Shown: positions 18,124 to 27,272 of the stretch, piece by piece
How positions within the stretch are numbered: position 1 is the stretch's first letter
Layout of the letters: each line of letters starts with the position of its first letter
NCBI GenBank assembly: GCA_963767005.1
Contig: CAVYCN010000002.1
Location: 64,001 to 128,000, forward strand
DNA length: 64,000 nucleotides
Direction: 5' to 3'
DNA from: an uncultured Actinomycetes bacterium
Lineage (GTDB): Bacteria; Actinomycetota; Thermoleophilia; UBA2241
Made by a program: the position numbers and the translations under genes
Notes under the pieces: generated by a model
What the model was told of the DNA's origin: nothing
The model's input: only the letters and a program-made list of their open reading frames with translations
Databases searched by the model: none

Positions 18124-19604
18124 GCAGCGACGCGATAGCGGGGCCGCGGCCCCAGACGGGCATCCCCCAGCCGGTCCACTTCATCGGCGTGGGCGGAGCC
18201 GGCATGAGCGGCATCGCCGCCGTGCTGGCACGACTCGGCGTGGCCGTCACCGGCTCCGACCTCAAGGCTTCGCGTTACACCCGCCACCTTCAGGAGTGCG
18301 GCGTGCCGGTGTGCATCGGCCACGACGCCGCCCAGGTCGGCGAGGCCGCCCTCGTCGTGATCTCCTCGGCGATCCCGCCGGGCAACCCCGAGCTGCAGGA
18401 GGCGCGGCGCCGCGGCCTCCCCGTGCTGCAGCGCGCCGAGATGCTGGCCCGCATCATGGCGACGCGGCGCGGCATCGCCGTGGCCGGCACGCACGGCAAG
18501 ACGACGACCTCGTCGATGATCACCCACGTGCTGCTGCGCTGCGGCCGGCGACCCACGTTCCTGGTCGGCGGCGACCTCAACGACGTGGGCTCGAACGCCG
18601 GCGTCGGCGACGGCGAGTGGCTCGTGGCCGAGGCCGACGAGAGCGACGGCAGCCTGCTGTTCCTGCGGCCCGAGGTCGCGGTCGTCACCAACGTCGAGCT
18701 CGACCACCACGCCAACTACCGCTGCCTGGCCGACGTGCGCGACGTCTTTCGCCGCTTCGTGGCGCTGCTGCCGCCCGGCGGCCGCCTGGTCGCGGCGAGC
18801 GCCCCGGGCGTCGGCTTTCTGGCCGGCGAGACCGAGGCCGGCGTCGTCTGGTTCGGTCTCGAGGCAGGCGACGGCGCGGCGGGGGCGGGCGCCCCCGGGG
18901 CGCCCGCCCCCGCCGCGCCGCCCGCCGATCTCACGGCGCGCGTCGACCGGGTCGACGACCGCGGCAGCGCCTTCACGGTCTTCGAGCACGGCGAGCGCCT
19001 GGGCAGCGTCGAGCTGCGCGTGCCCGGCGAGCACAACGTGCTCAACGCGCTCGCCGCCCTGGCGGCCCTCTCGCACGTCGGCGTGAGCTTCGCCGAGGCG
19101 GCACCGGAGCTCGCCACGTTCAGCGGCGCCGCGCGCCGGTTCCAGGAGATCGGCCGCCACGACGGCGTGGTCGTGATCGACGACTACGCCCACCATCCCA
19201 CCGAGGTGGCGGCCACGCTCAAGGCGGCCCGGGCCGGCTCGTACCGGCGCATCATCGCCGTCTTCCAGCCGCATCTCTTCTCGCGCACGCGCTACCTGCA
19301 GCGCGAGTTCGGACGCGCCCTCACGCTGGCCGACGAGGCGATCGTGACCGACATCTTCCCGGCTCGCGAGGAGCCCGAGCCGGGCGTCACCGGCAAGCTC
19401 GTGGTCGACGCCTACCTCGTCGAGCGTCCCGGCGGTCCTGTCTTCTACCTCCCGCGCCTCGGCGACGTCGTGCGGCACCTGCGCACTCGCGTGCGCCCCG
19501 GCGACCTCGTGCTCACGATCGGCGCCGGCGACGTGCTGCACGCCGGCGAGCGGCTGCTCGCGGCCCTCGCCGACTCGCCCCAGGGCGCCGGCGCCGCGCG
19601 ATGA
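18114..19604 (+). CDS. murC: UDP-MurNAc--L-Ala ligase
   Basis: HFIGVGGAGMSG, AGTHGKTTT, EADESDGS, DDYAHHPTE, FQPHLFSRT. Confidence 0.96.
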   Translation: MVLSSDAIAGPRPQTGIPQPVHFIGVGGAGMSGIAAVLARLGVAVTGSDLKASRYTRHLQECGVPVCIGHDAAQVGEAALVVISSAIPPGNPELQEARRRGLPVLQRAEMLARIMATRRGIAVAGTHGKTTTSSMITHVLLRCGRRPTFLVGGDLNDVGSNAGVGDGEWLVAEADESDGSLLFLRPEVAVVTNVELDHHANYRCLADVRDVFRRFVALLPPGGRLVAASAPGVGFLAGETEAGVVWFGLEAGDGAAGAGAPGAPAPAAPPADLTARVDRVDDRGSAFTVFEHGERLGSVELRVPGEHNVLNALAALAALSHVGVSFAEAAPELATFSGAARRFQEIGRHDGVVVIDDYAHHPTEVAATLKAARAGSYRRIIAVFQPHLFSRTRYLQREFGRALTLADEAIVTDIFPAREEPEPGVTGKLVVDAYLVERPGGPVFYLPRLGDVVRHLRTRVRPGDLVLTIGAGDVLHAGERLLAALADSPQGAGAAR

Positions 19605-20659
19605 CCGCGGGCGGCGCCCGCCGTCGCCGGACCCTCGTCGCCGTCGTCCTGGCCGCGCTCATCGTCGGCGTGCCGGCCGGCGTATGGGCCTGGGGCCGCA
19701 GCTCGAGTGCCTTCGACGTGCGCCACATCGTGCTCACCGGTGCGCGCCCGGCGCACGCCCCGGCGGTGCGCCGCGCCCTCGAGCGGCGCCTGCTCGGCGT
19801 GAACCTCTTCCGCGTGAGCAGCGCCCGCGTGCGCGCCGCCCTCGCGACCTTCCCGTACGTGGCCGACGTCACGATCGACCGCGACTTTCCCGGTACGCTC
19901 AAGGTGCGCATGAGCGAATACGTGCCCGCGGCACTCGTGCTGGCGAGCGACGGCTGGTTCGTGGTGGCCGGTGAAGGGCGCGTACTGGCCGTCGGCGTCG
20001 AGCGGTCCGGCGTGCCGACCCCGTCCTCGACCGCGCTCGCCGCCTCCGCTTCGCCGTCGCCCGGCACGACGACGGCGACGGGGTCGCCGTCCGCCTCCGC
20101 CTCGCCGTCGCCGGGCGTCTCGCCCGGCGGCCGCGCCTCGCCGTCGCCCGCGCCGTCGGTGACGGCCCTGCCGCGACCCGACACCGGCGTGAAGCTGCCG
20201 CGCGGCACGCGCAGCCTGCCCGTCCTCGTGACGACGACGCGACTCGTGGTCGGCACGAGCGTCGGCGACTCGCACACGCTCGCCGCCCTGCGCGTGCTGG
20301 GCGCCCTGCCGCGCGCGCTGCGTCGCAAGGCCCTGGGAGCCACGGCGACCGGCACGAGCATCAGGGTCGCGATCTCCGGCGGCCCGGTCGTCGAGTTCGG
20401 CGACGCGAGCCGGCTGCGGGCCAAGGTCCTGGCCCTGAAGGCCGTCCTGCAGCGGTATCGCGCCAAGCACGTGACCTGCACGTTCGTCGACGTGTCGGTG
20501 CCCGACCGCCCGCTGGGCACGCCCCTGCTGCCCGCGCCGGACACCCAGTCGGGCACGTCGTCGACGACGACGGGCGCGACCGGCACTGTCGGGTCGACGG
20601 GCACGGCGACGTCAACGCCGACGGGGAAGTCCAGCGCCTCGCCGACGACCAACCCGTGA
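19601..20659 (+). CDS. ftsQ: cell division protein FtsQ/DivIB
   Basis: ATG overlapping the murC stop; N-terminal TM, POTRA (..FPGTLKVRMSE), C-terminal VDVSVPDRP; S/P/T-rich insertion and tail. Confidence 0.85.
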   Translation: MTAGGARRRRTLVAVVLAALIVGVPAGVWAWGRSSSAFDVRHIVLTGARPAHAPAVRRALERRLLGVNLFRVSSARVRAALATFPYVADVTIDRDFPGTLKVRMSEYVPAALVLASDGWFVVAGEGRVLAVGVERSGVPTPSSTALAASASPSPGTTTATGSPSASASPSPGVSPGGRASPSPAPSVTALPRPDTGVKLPRGTRSLPVLVTTTRLVVGTSVGDSHTLAALRVLGALPRALRRKALGATATGTSIRVAISGGPVVEFGDASRLRAKVLALKAVLQRYRAKHVTCTFVDVSVPDRPLGTPLLPAPDTQSGTSSTTTGATGTVGSTGTATSTPTGKSSASPTTNP

Positions 20660-20731
20660 GCCGGTCTCTGAGGCCGCCGGAGGGTCGTTCGCGAGCACTC
20701 GCGCGGCCCCCGTCCCCGGTCGCTTCGTCGT

Positions 20732-20761
20732 TTGACACTCCAAGCGACCGGCCCATATGCT
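20732..20761 (+). promoter_or_regulatory. ftsZ promoter
   Basis: TTGACA (20732-37)-18-TATGCT (20756-61). Confidence 0.7.
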
Positions 20762-20933
20762 ACGAACGTGGCGTGGTCTCATGTCGCTGTCAAGGGTTTG
20801 TGAGCATGAAAGTGCGAGCAAATAGGGTCTTTTTGGGGCGACGGTCCACAGCTTTTCAACAAGTCTCAGGGGCCGCTCGACGGTGGTCGCCGACCAGGAA
20901 TAAGTCTCGAGTTCAACAGGAGGGTTAGGCCCC

Positions 20934-22010
20934 ATGATCGAGTCTTCAGGCAACTACCTCGCGGTCATCAAGGTCGTCGGCGTGGGCGGCGGCGGTACCA
21001 ATGCCGTCAATCGCATGGTCGACGCCGGCCTGCGCGGCGTCGAGTTCATCGCGGTCAACACCGACGCCCAGGCGCTGCAGATGTGCGACGCGGACGTGAA
21101 GATCCACATCGGCAGCAAGATCACGAGGGGCCTGGGGGCGGGAGCCAACCCCGACATCGGCTATCAGGCCGCCGTCGAGAGCAAGGACGAGCTGCGTGAC
21201 GCCATCAAGGGCGCCGACATGGTCTTCGTGACCGCCGGCAAGGGCGGCGGCACCGGCACGGGCGCCGCGCCGGTCATCGCCGAGCTCGCCAAGGAGCTCG
21301 GCGCCCTCACCGTGGGCGTCGTCACGCGGCCCTTCATGTTCGAGGGCAAGCGGCGCGCCCGCCAGGCCGAGGACGGCATCCGCGAGCTGCGCGAGAAGGT
21401 CGACACCGCGATCATCATCCCCAACGACCGCCTGCTGCAGGTGGTCGAGCGGCGCACGTCGATCATCGACGCCTTCAAGGTCGCCGACGACGTCCTGCGC
21501 CAGGGCGTGCAGGGCATCACCGACCTGATCACCGTGCCCGGCCTCATCAACCTCGACTTCGCCGACGTGCGCACGGTCATGCGCGACGCCGGCTCGGCCC
21601 TCATGGGGATCGGCGTGGCGAGCGGCGAGAACCGCGCCGTCGAGGCCGCCAAGGCGGCGATCAGCTCGCCCCTGCTCGAGGCGAGCGTCGAGGGCGCGAT
21701 GGGCATCCTGCTGAACATCACCGGCGGCAGCGACCTGGGCCTGTTCGAGGTCAACGAGGCCGCCGAGATCATCTCGAGCGCGGCCGACGCCGACTGCAAC
21801 ATCATCTTCGGCGCCGTGGTCGACCCTGCGCTGGGCGACGAGGTCCGGGTCACCGTCATCGCGACCGGCTTCGACGGTCCGCGCGGGGCGGCGCAGCGTC
21901 CGGCCGAGAAGGCCCAGGCGACGCCCGGCGTGTTCGGCGCCGAGCCCAAGCCGTCGTTCGACGTGAGCGACGACGTGCTCGACATCCCGAGCTTCCTGAA
22001 GGACCGCTGA
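20934..22010 (+). CDS. ftsZ: cell division protein FtsZ
   Basis: [20 protein letters not shown] tubulin signature, NLDFAD, C-terminal LDIPSFL. Confidence 0.98.
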   Translation: MIESSGNYLAVIKVVGVGGGGTNAVNRMVDAGLRGVEFIAVNTDAQALQMCDADVKIHIGSKITRGLGAGANPDIGYQAAVESKDELRDAIKGADMVFVTAGKGGGTGTGAAPVIAELAKELGALTVGVVTRPFMFEGKRRARQAEDGIRELREKVDTAIIIPNDRLLQVVERRTSIIDAFKVADDVLRQGVQGITDLITVPGLINLDFADVRTVMRDAGSALMGIGVASGENRAVEAAKAAISSPLLEASVEGAMGILLNITGGSDLGLFEVNEAAEIISSAADADCNIIFGAVVDPALGDEVRVTVIATGFDGPRGAAQRPAEKAQATPGVFGAEPKPSFDVSDDVLDIPSFLKDR

Positions 22011-22159
22011 GGTCCGCCGCCGAACTAGCAATGTGAGACCTTCGGTCCCGCGGCGCCGCCCGGCGCGGCCGGCGGGCGTGTCGGTGCCGCGCGGCGGACC
22101 CAACCACCGAAAGTGCTCGTTTGCAGGTAAACTAGTGGTGCGACCCGATCGCGGTCCGA

Positions 22160-22188
22160 TTGCAATGAGAGCATCGATTCTCTATGCT
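22160..22188 (+). promoter_or_regulatory. secDF promoter
   Basis: TTGCAA (22160-65)-17-TATGCT (22183-88). Confidence 0.6.
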
Positions 22189-22229
22189 GTTGCGCTTGGC
22201 AGGCCCGCCGCGGGCCCGGCCTTACTCGC

Positions 22230-23864
22230 ATGAAAAACCACAAGCAAAGAAACATCGTCATCCTGCTCGTCGTGGCGGCGCTGCTCGTCGGCTCGGTGCT
22301 GTACATCTATCCGCCCGGCAAGAAGACCCACCTCGGCCTCGACCTGCAGGGCGGCCTCGAGATCATCTACAAGGCCAGCCTGCGCACCGGCGGCAAGGTC
22401 ACGCAGGCGCAGATGACCCAGACGCAAGGCATCATCAACCGGCGCGTCAACTCGCTCGGCGTCACCGAGGCCCAGGTGCAGGTGCAGGGAGCCGACCAGA
22501 TCTCGGTCGCGCTACCCGGCATCAAGAACGTCGCCCAGGCCCTGAGCACGATCGGCCAGACCGCCCAGCTGCAGTTCTTCGTCGACTACAAGCAGCGCAT
22601 AGCCGGCCCGAGCACGAGCGTGGCGGCCGCCGTCAAGCAGGCCGAGACGGCGTCGCTCATCCCGCTCCCGAAGGGCGCCAAGGCCGAGCTCGACAAGCTC
22701 GCCAAGGGGCAGGCGTCGACCAAGTACCTCGTCGTCGAAGCGGCGAAGGGCGTCTACGGCAACCCCAACGGATCCGTGTACTTCATCTACACACTGCCGC
22801 CGGCCATGAACGGCAGCGCGATCAAGAGCTCGCGGCAGTCGTACCAGCAGAGCGGCCGGCCCAATGTGCTGATCAGCTTCACGAGCGCGGGCGGCACGCA
22901 GTTTGGCGACATCACGCGCGAGCTCGCCACCGAAGGCACGATCACCGGCACCAACCAGACGTTCGCCATCGTGCTCGACAACCAGATGGAGTCCGACCCC
23001 TACGTCGACTACAGGGAGAACCCGAGCGGCATCCAGGGCGGTAGCGCCGAGATCGACGGCAGCTTCACGGTGCAGCAGGCCAAGGATTTGGCCCTCGTGA
23101 TCAACACCGGCGCCCTGCCGGTCAACCTCACGCAGATCGAAAGTCAGGAGGTCTCGGCCACCCTCGGCAAGGACTCGCTGCACGAGGCCCTGATCGCCGG
23201 CATCGCCGGCCTCGGCCTGCTCCTGCTCTACATGATCTTCTACTACCGGTTCCTGGGCCTCGTCGCCGACATCGCCCTCATCATCTATGGCGTGCTGCTC
23301 TGGGGCCTGTTCAACGCCATCCCCGTCACGCTCACGCTGCCCGGCATCGCCGGCATGATCCTCACGATCGGGGTGGCGGCCGACGCCAACGTGGTCATCT
23401 TCGAGCGCATCAAGGAGGAGGTGCGCCGCGGGCGCACCGTGCGCTCGGCTGTGAACTCGGGCTACGCCCGCGGCTTTCGCACCATCCTCGACGCCAACGT
23501 GCTCACGCTGCTGACGGCCGCCGTGCTGTTCGAGTTCGCGAGCGCCGAACCCAAGGGCTTCGCCTTCACGCTGATCCTCGGCGTGCTCGTCAGCATGTTC
23601 ACCGCGGTGGTCGCGACCCGCGCCCTGCTCGGGCTGCTCGCCGACTTCACGTTCTTCAGCCGCCCCGCCTTCATGGGCGTCAAGGCCGAAGACATCCACG
23701 CGGTGGTCGATGAGGGCGAGGCCGGGCGCCGCCCGCGGCGCCGCCCGGCCTCGCCCGGCGCCTCGAGCACCGCCGGCGTGCTGCAGACCGACGGCGCCGT
23801 GTCGCGCTCGATCACCGGCACGCGGCCGCGCCGCCGTCCGACGTCCCGCAAGAAGAAGAAGTAG
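22230..23864 (+). CDS. secD: protein translocase subunit SecD
   Basis: LGLDLQGG, RVNSLGVTE, FAIVLD, GALP, LTLPGIAG, DANVVIFERIKEE. Confidence 0.96.
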   Translation: MKNHKQRNIVILLVVAALLVGSVLYIYPPGKKTHLGLDLQGGLEIIYKASLRTGGKVTQAQMTQTQGIINRRVNSLGVTEAQVQVQGADQISVALPGIKNVAQALSTIGQTAQLQFFVDYKQRIAGPSTSVAAAVKQAETASLIPLPKGAKAELDKLAKGQASTKYLVVEAAKGVYGNPNGSVYFIYTLPPAMNGSAIKSSRQSYQQSGRPNVLISFTSAGGTQFGDITRELATEGTITGTNQTFAIVLDNQMESDPYVDYRENPSGIQGGSAEIDGSFTVQQAKDLALVINTGALPVNLTQIESQEVSATLGKDSLHEALIAGIAGLGLLLLYMIFYYRFLGLVADIALIIYGVLLWGLFNAIPVTLTLPGIAGMILTIGVAADANVVIFERIKEEVRRGRTVRSAVNSGYARGFRTILDANVLTLLTAAVLFEFASAEPKGFAFTLILGVLVSMFTAVVATRALLGLLADFTFFSRPAFMGVKAEDIHAVVDEGEAGRRPRRRPASPGASSTAGVLQTDGAVSRSITGTRPRRRPTSRKKKK

Positions 23865-23874
23865 GCGATAGAGC

Positions 23875-24834
23875 TTGGCCTGGTTCCGACGCATCTACAC
23901 GTTCGATTACATGAGCCACAAGTACCTGTGGTTCACGATCTCGGGCACGATCATCGCGATCGGTCTCATCTCGATGTTCGTACGCGGCGGCGGCGACCCG
24001 CTCAAGGGCTTCAATTATGGCCTCGAGTTTCGCTCCGGCACGCGTATCCAGGTGAGCTTCGTCAAGCCGGCGTCGACCGCCCAGGTGCGCGGCGTCGTCT
24101 CGGCCCAGGGCTACGCCGACGCCGTCGTCCAGCAGCTCAAGGCCGGCCGTCAGGCGAGCTTCCAGATCTCGACGGCCACGCTGTCGGCCGACCAGCAGCT
24201 CGCCCTTCAGAAGGCCCTGAACAGCAGGTTCCAGATCGCGCCGACGTCGAACGGGGGCTCCGACTGGAACGTCAACACGGTGGGTGCGACGTTCAGCCGC
24301 GAGGTGATCACGTCGTCGTACAAAGCGATCGTGATCGCCCTGATCCTGATCCTCGTCTACGTGTCGCTGCGCTTCTCGTGGAAGTTCGCGATCGGCGCGA
24401 TCGCGGCCGAGTTCCACGACCTGTTCGTGGTGATCGGCATCTACTCGCTCACAGGGCGGCAGGTCACGACCGATACGATCGCGGCGGTGCTCACGATCCT
24501 CGGCTATTCGCTCTACGACACGGTCATCGTCTTCGACCGCATCCGCGAGAACGGGCCGAAGATGACGCGCGCCACCTACGGCGACATGGTGAACCGCTCG
24601 ATCTGGGAGACCCTGACGCGCTCGATCAATACCACGCTGATGACCCTCATCCCGGTCGTCTGCCTGCTGCTCTTCGGCGGCTCGACCCTCAAGGACTTCG
24701 CCTTCGCGCTGCTCGTCGGCGTGGCCTCGGGCGCCTACTCGTCGATCTTCATCGCGAGCCCGGTCCTCACGCTCCTCAAGGAGCGCGAGCCGCGCTACCG
24801 CAAGCTGGCCGCCAAGGCCGGCGAAAGCGCCTGA
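23875..24834 (+). CDS. secF: protein translocase subunit SecF
   Basis: GLEFRSGT, HD motif, GYSLYDTVIVFDRIRE, RSINT, GAYSSIFIA. Confidence 0.96.
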   Translation: MAWFRRIYTFDYMSHKYLWFTISGTIIAIGLISMFVRGGGDPLKGFNYGLEFRSGTRIQVSFVKPASTAQVRGVVSAQGYADAVVQQLKAGRQASFQISTATLSADQQLALQKALNSRFQIAPTSNGGSDWNVNTVGATFSREVITSSYKAIVIALILILVYVSLRFSWKFAIGAIAAEFHDLFVVIGIYSLTGRQVTTDTIAAVLTILGYSLYDTVIVFDRIRENGPKMTRATYGDMVNRSIWETLTRSINTTLMTLIPVVCLLLFGGSTLKDFAFALLVGVASGAYSSIFIASPVLTLLKEREPRYRKLAAKAGESA

Positions 24835-24968
24835 CCGGCGCGGGCGCCGGCGGCGCGCCTCGACCTGTCTCACCCTCCCGCGGTGGTCGAGGTCGAGCTC
24901 ACGAGGCCGGCTCTTCAGGCTCCTGCAGAGAATGAGGCCGGCGTGTGTCGGAAGCGGCCACCGGCGCC

Positions 24969-24997
24969 TTTACAAGCCCCGGCGGGCGTCCTATCCT
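24969..24997 (+). promoter_or_regulatory. SigA-type promoter for the STAS gene
   Basis: TTTACA-17-TATCCT. Confidence 0.55.
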
Positions 24998-25133
24998 TCG
25001 CCCCTCGACATCGTCGACCCGGGTCCGGCAGACGCCTCGCCGCCGGTCCAGGGGGCGGCGCCGGCCGGAGGCCACGGGCCTGCTGCGGGCGTCGGGGTCG
25101 CGAGGCACGTCATCCGATCAAAGGGGGGTCGCC

Positions 25134-25625
25134 GTGAGCGCTCGGCCGAAGGACCGTGGCGAGACGTCGTACCGCGCGATGTCGCTGGGCGGCGGCAGCG
25201 GGGGCCTGCAGCTGAGCTTCGCGGGGGCCGGCGAGGTGCCGGTCCTCACGCTCTCAGGCGAGTTCGATCTCGACAACGTGCCCGAGATCGAGCGCTTCTT
25301 GCGGCGTCACCTGGGACCGTTCTTCTTCAAGACCCGCGACCTCGTCCTCGACCTGGCCCAGGTCGACCTCGTCGACTCGTCGTTCGTGGGGCTCGTGGTG
25401 TCGCTCGTGGTGCGCCTGCACCAGCATCGTCGCGAGCTGCTGATCACGCGGCCGGCGGGGTACGTGCGTCGCACCATCGCGCTCGTGGGGCTGCCCAACG
25501 TGGTGCCCGTCTTCGAGTCGCTCGAGGCGGCCCTCGAAGCCCTCGCCGGTGGCGGCCCGGTGATCCCGCCGCCCTTCGCGGCGACGCCGCGCGGCGACGC
25601 GCCGCGCGTGCCGGCGCTCTCGTAG
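25134..25625 (+). CDS. STAS domain protein (anti-sigma factor antagonist-like)
   Basis: LSGEFDL, VLDLAQVDLVDSSFVG, VRRTIALVGL..VPVF; GTG after a G-rich RBS. Confidence 0.8.
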   Translation: MSARPKDRGETSYRAMSLGGGSGGLQLSFAGAGEVPVLTLSGEFDLDNVPEIERFLRRHLGPFFFKTRDLVLDLAQVDLVDSSFVGLVVSLVVRLHQHRRELLITRPAGYVRRTIALVGLPNVVPVFESLEAALEALAGGGPVIPPPFAATPRGDAPRVPALS

Positions 25626-25638
25626 CTGCCGGGTCGGC

Positions 25639-26025
25639 CTAGCTCGCCCGCCGCGCCAGGGTCTCGCTGAGCTCGGCCTGGCGGGCGGCGATCGCTCTGG
25701 CCTGGAAGGCCTTCATGCGGCAGGCGTCGCTGCAATACTTCTTGGCGGGGTTGCTCGTCACGAACTCACGGCTGCACGGCTCGTAACTGCAGTAACGGGT
25801 CATCTCCTCGCGCGGACGCTGCTTGCGCGAGGGGCGCTTGAGCTCGTCCTTCCAGCCGCCGCTGTGCAGCGCGCAGATGGTCGAGGGGTTGTAGGTGGAG
25901 AGGCGCGTCTCGCAGCCCGCCACAGAGCAGACCCGGCCGCCGCCGTACTGTTTGCTCTTGGACATGTCGTCGACCTGCACCGACAGTCGGCGACCCCTCA
26001 GCCCTCTGGTGGTCCGATACTCCAT
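25639..26025 (-). CDS. small basic protein with two Cys/His zinc-binding motifs (second is CGNR-like)
   Basis: C-x4-C-x12-C-x2-H and C-x4-C-x13-C-x3-C followed by RMKAFQAR; alternative start at 25965. Confidence 0.7.
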   Translation of the reverse strand: MEYRTTRGLRGRRLSVQVDDMSKSKQYGGGRVCSVAGCETRLSTYNPSTICALHSGGWKDELKRPSRKQRPREEMTRYCSYEPCSREFVTSNPAKKYCSDACRMKAFQARAIAARQAELSETLARRAS

Positions 26026-26079
26026 GCCAGAACACCCCTTGTCGCTCGATGCCGGCCTGCGGCCGGCGCTGAAACCTCG

Positions 26080-26439
26080 CTAGACCGTCGTGCTCTCGAG
26101 TGCCTTCTCACGGGTGGGATAGATGCCGAAGATGCGGTCGAGCCCCGTGATCTCGAAGATCCGCGTGATGTTGTCGTCGTGACAGACGATGTCGAGGGTC
26201 CCGTTCTGGGGACGGACGCGCTTGGCGCCACTCACCAGCACGCCCAGGGCGGTCGAGTCGATGAACGTCACGGCTGCGAGGTCGACGACGATGTGCTTCG
26301 CACCCTCGTCGATGCTCTGGATCATGACCTCCTTGAACTGCGGCGCCGAGTAGATGTCGACCTCGCCCTGCAGCGCGACGACGGCGACTTCGTCGCCCAC
26401 GCGTACGAGCTCGACGCCGAACTGTGGCCTGTCGTCCAT
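26080..26439 (-). CDS. anti-sigma factor antagonist (RsbV/BldG family)
   Basis: GEVDIYSAP, VVDL..VTFIDSTALGVL, IFEITGLD.IF; RBS gggag. Confidence 0.9.
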   Translation of the reverse strand: MDDRPQFGVELVRVGDEVAVVALQGEVDIYSAPQFKEVMIQSIDEGAKHIVVDLAAVTFIDSTALGVLVSGAKRVRPQNGTLDIVCHDDNITRIFEITGLDRIFGIYPTREKALESTTV

Positions 26440-26750
26440 TCGCTCCCCTTCTCGCCCCCAGTGACCTGCGCTATCGCCGGGCCGGCTCCGGTGCCGGACC
26501 CCTGTCCGGCGGCGCCCGCCGATGTCACGGTTATGGCCATGGCGTTTCGCGCCTAAACGCCCGCCGGCTGGGGGTGTCGCCTCAGGCGGCGCGCAAACGG
26601 CGCTCCCCATGGCGGGGCAGCAGATCGGCCGCTAGAGTCTCAGGGAGGAGAGTGGCGGCCGCCGCGGCGCGGCGGCTCGAGGCGCTCGGGGGGCGGAGTG
26701 ACGATGGACTGCAGACGCGGCGAGGGGCGCAGCCGGCCGGGAGCGGGACG

Positions 26751-27254
26751 GTGAGCGCGGCGCTCGCCACGCTCGGCGCGGCGCTCGCCGTGCCCGCTGC
26801 TGCGGCGCGCGTGGCGACCGTCGCCGCACCGCCGGGCGCGCGCCTCACCCTCGCCGTGACCATCGTCGGCCTCGTGGCGCTGACCGTCGGCTGGCGCCTG
26901 GCGGTGGCCCGTCGCTACACCGCGCACGCCTTCGTGCAGACCGGCGCGGTGGTCGCCATCAGCGCCACCGTCGTGCTCTGGATGATCGTGTCGCTCGTGC
27001 GCAACGTGCTGCCCGAGATCCCGGCGCGCCTCGGCCAGGCGACCTATGCCGTCGACACGGTCCACGCCGCGATCGGCGCGGTGGCCGCCGTCTTCGGCGT
27101 GTTCGTCGTGCTCGCCGCGGGCAAGGTGCTGCCGGTGCGGCTGCGCTTTCGCGCCTTTCGGCCGTTCATGCGAGCCGCCTACGGGCTCTACGCCGTCGCT
27201 GCTGCAGGGGGCGTGATCCTGTTCGTCGTCGCCTACGGCGCCGGCCCGCGCTAG
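26751..27254 (+). CDS. 4-TM membrane protein, DUF420-like
   Basis: GW..AVARRY.AH and a second His-bearing TM (VHAAIG) resemble DUF420; start approximate. Confidence 0.55.
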   Translation: MSAALATLGAALAVPAAAARVATVAAPPGARLTLAVTIVGLVALTVGWRLAVARRYTAHAFVQTGAVVAISATVVLWMIVSLVRNVLPEIPARLGQATYAVDTVHAAIGAVAAVFGVFVVLAAGKVLPVRLRFRAFRPFMRAAYGLYAVAAAGGVILFVVAYGAGPR

Positions 27255-27272
27255 GCGGGTGGGGGGGCGGCG

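Noticed and set aside
17717-20659. 980-aa ORF suggesting a giant FtsQ fusion
   Set aside because: The first ~630 codons are an off-frame overlap of murG/murC; real FtsQ starts at ATG 19601.
24859-24897. CTCCC-N7-TCGAG after secF as another dyad box
   Set aside because: It is equally well explained by the ctcgacct/aggtcgag hairpin ending the secDF transcript, and the left half-site is poor.
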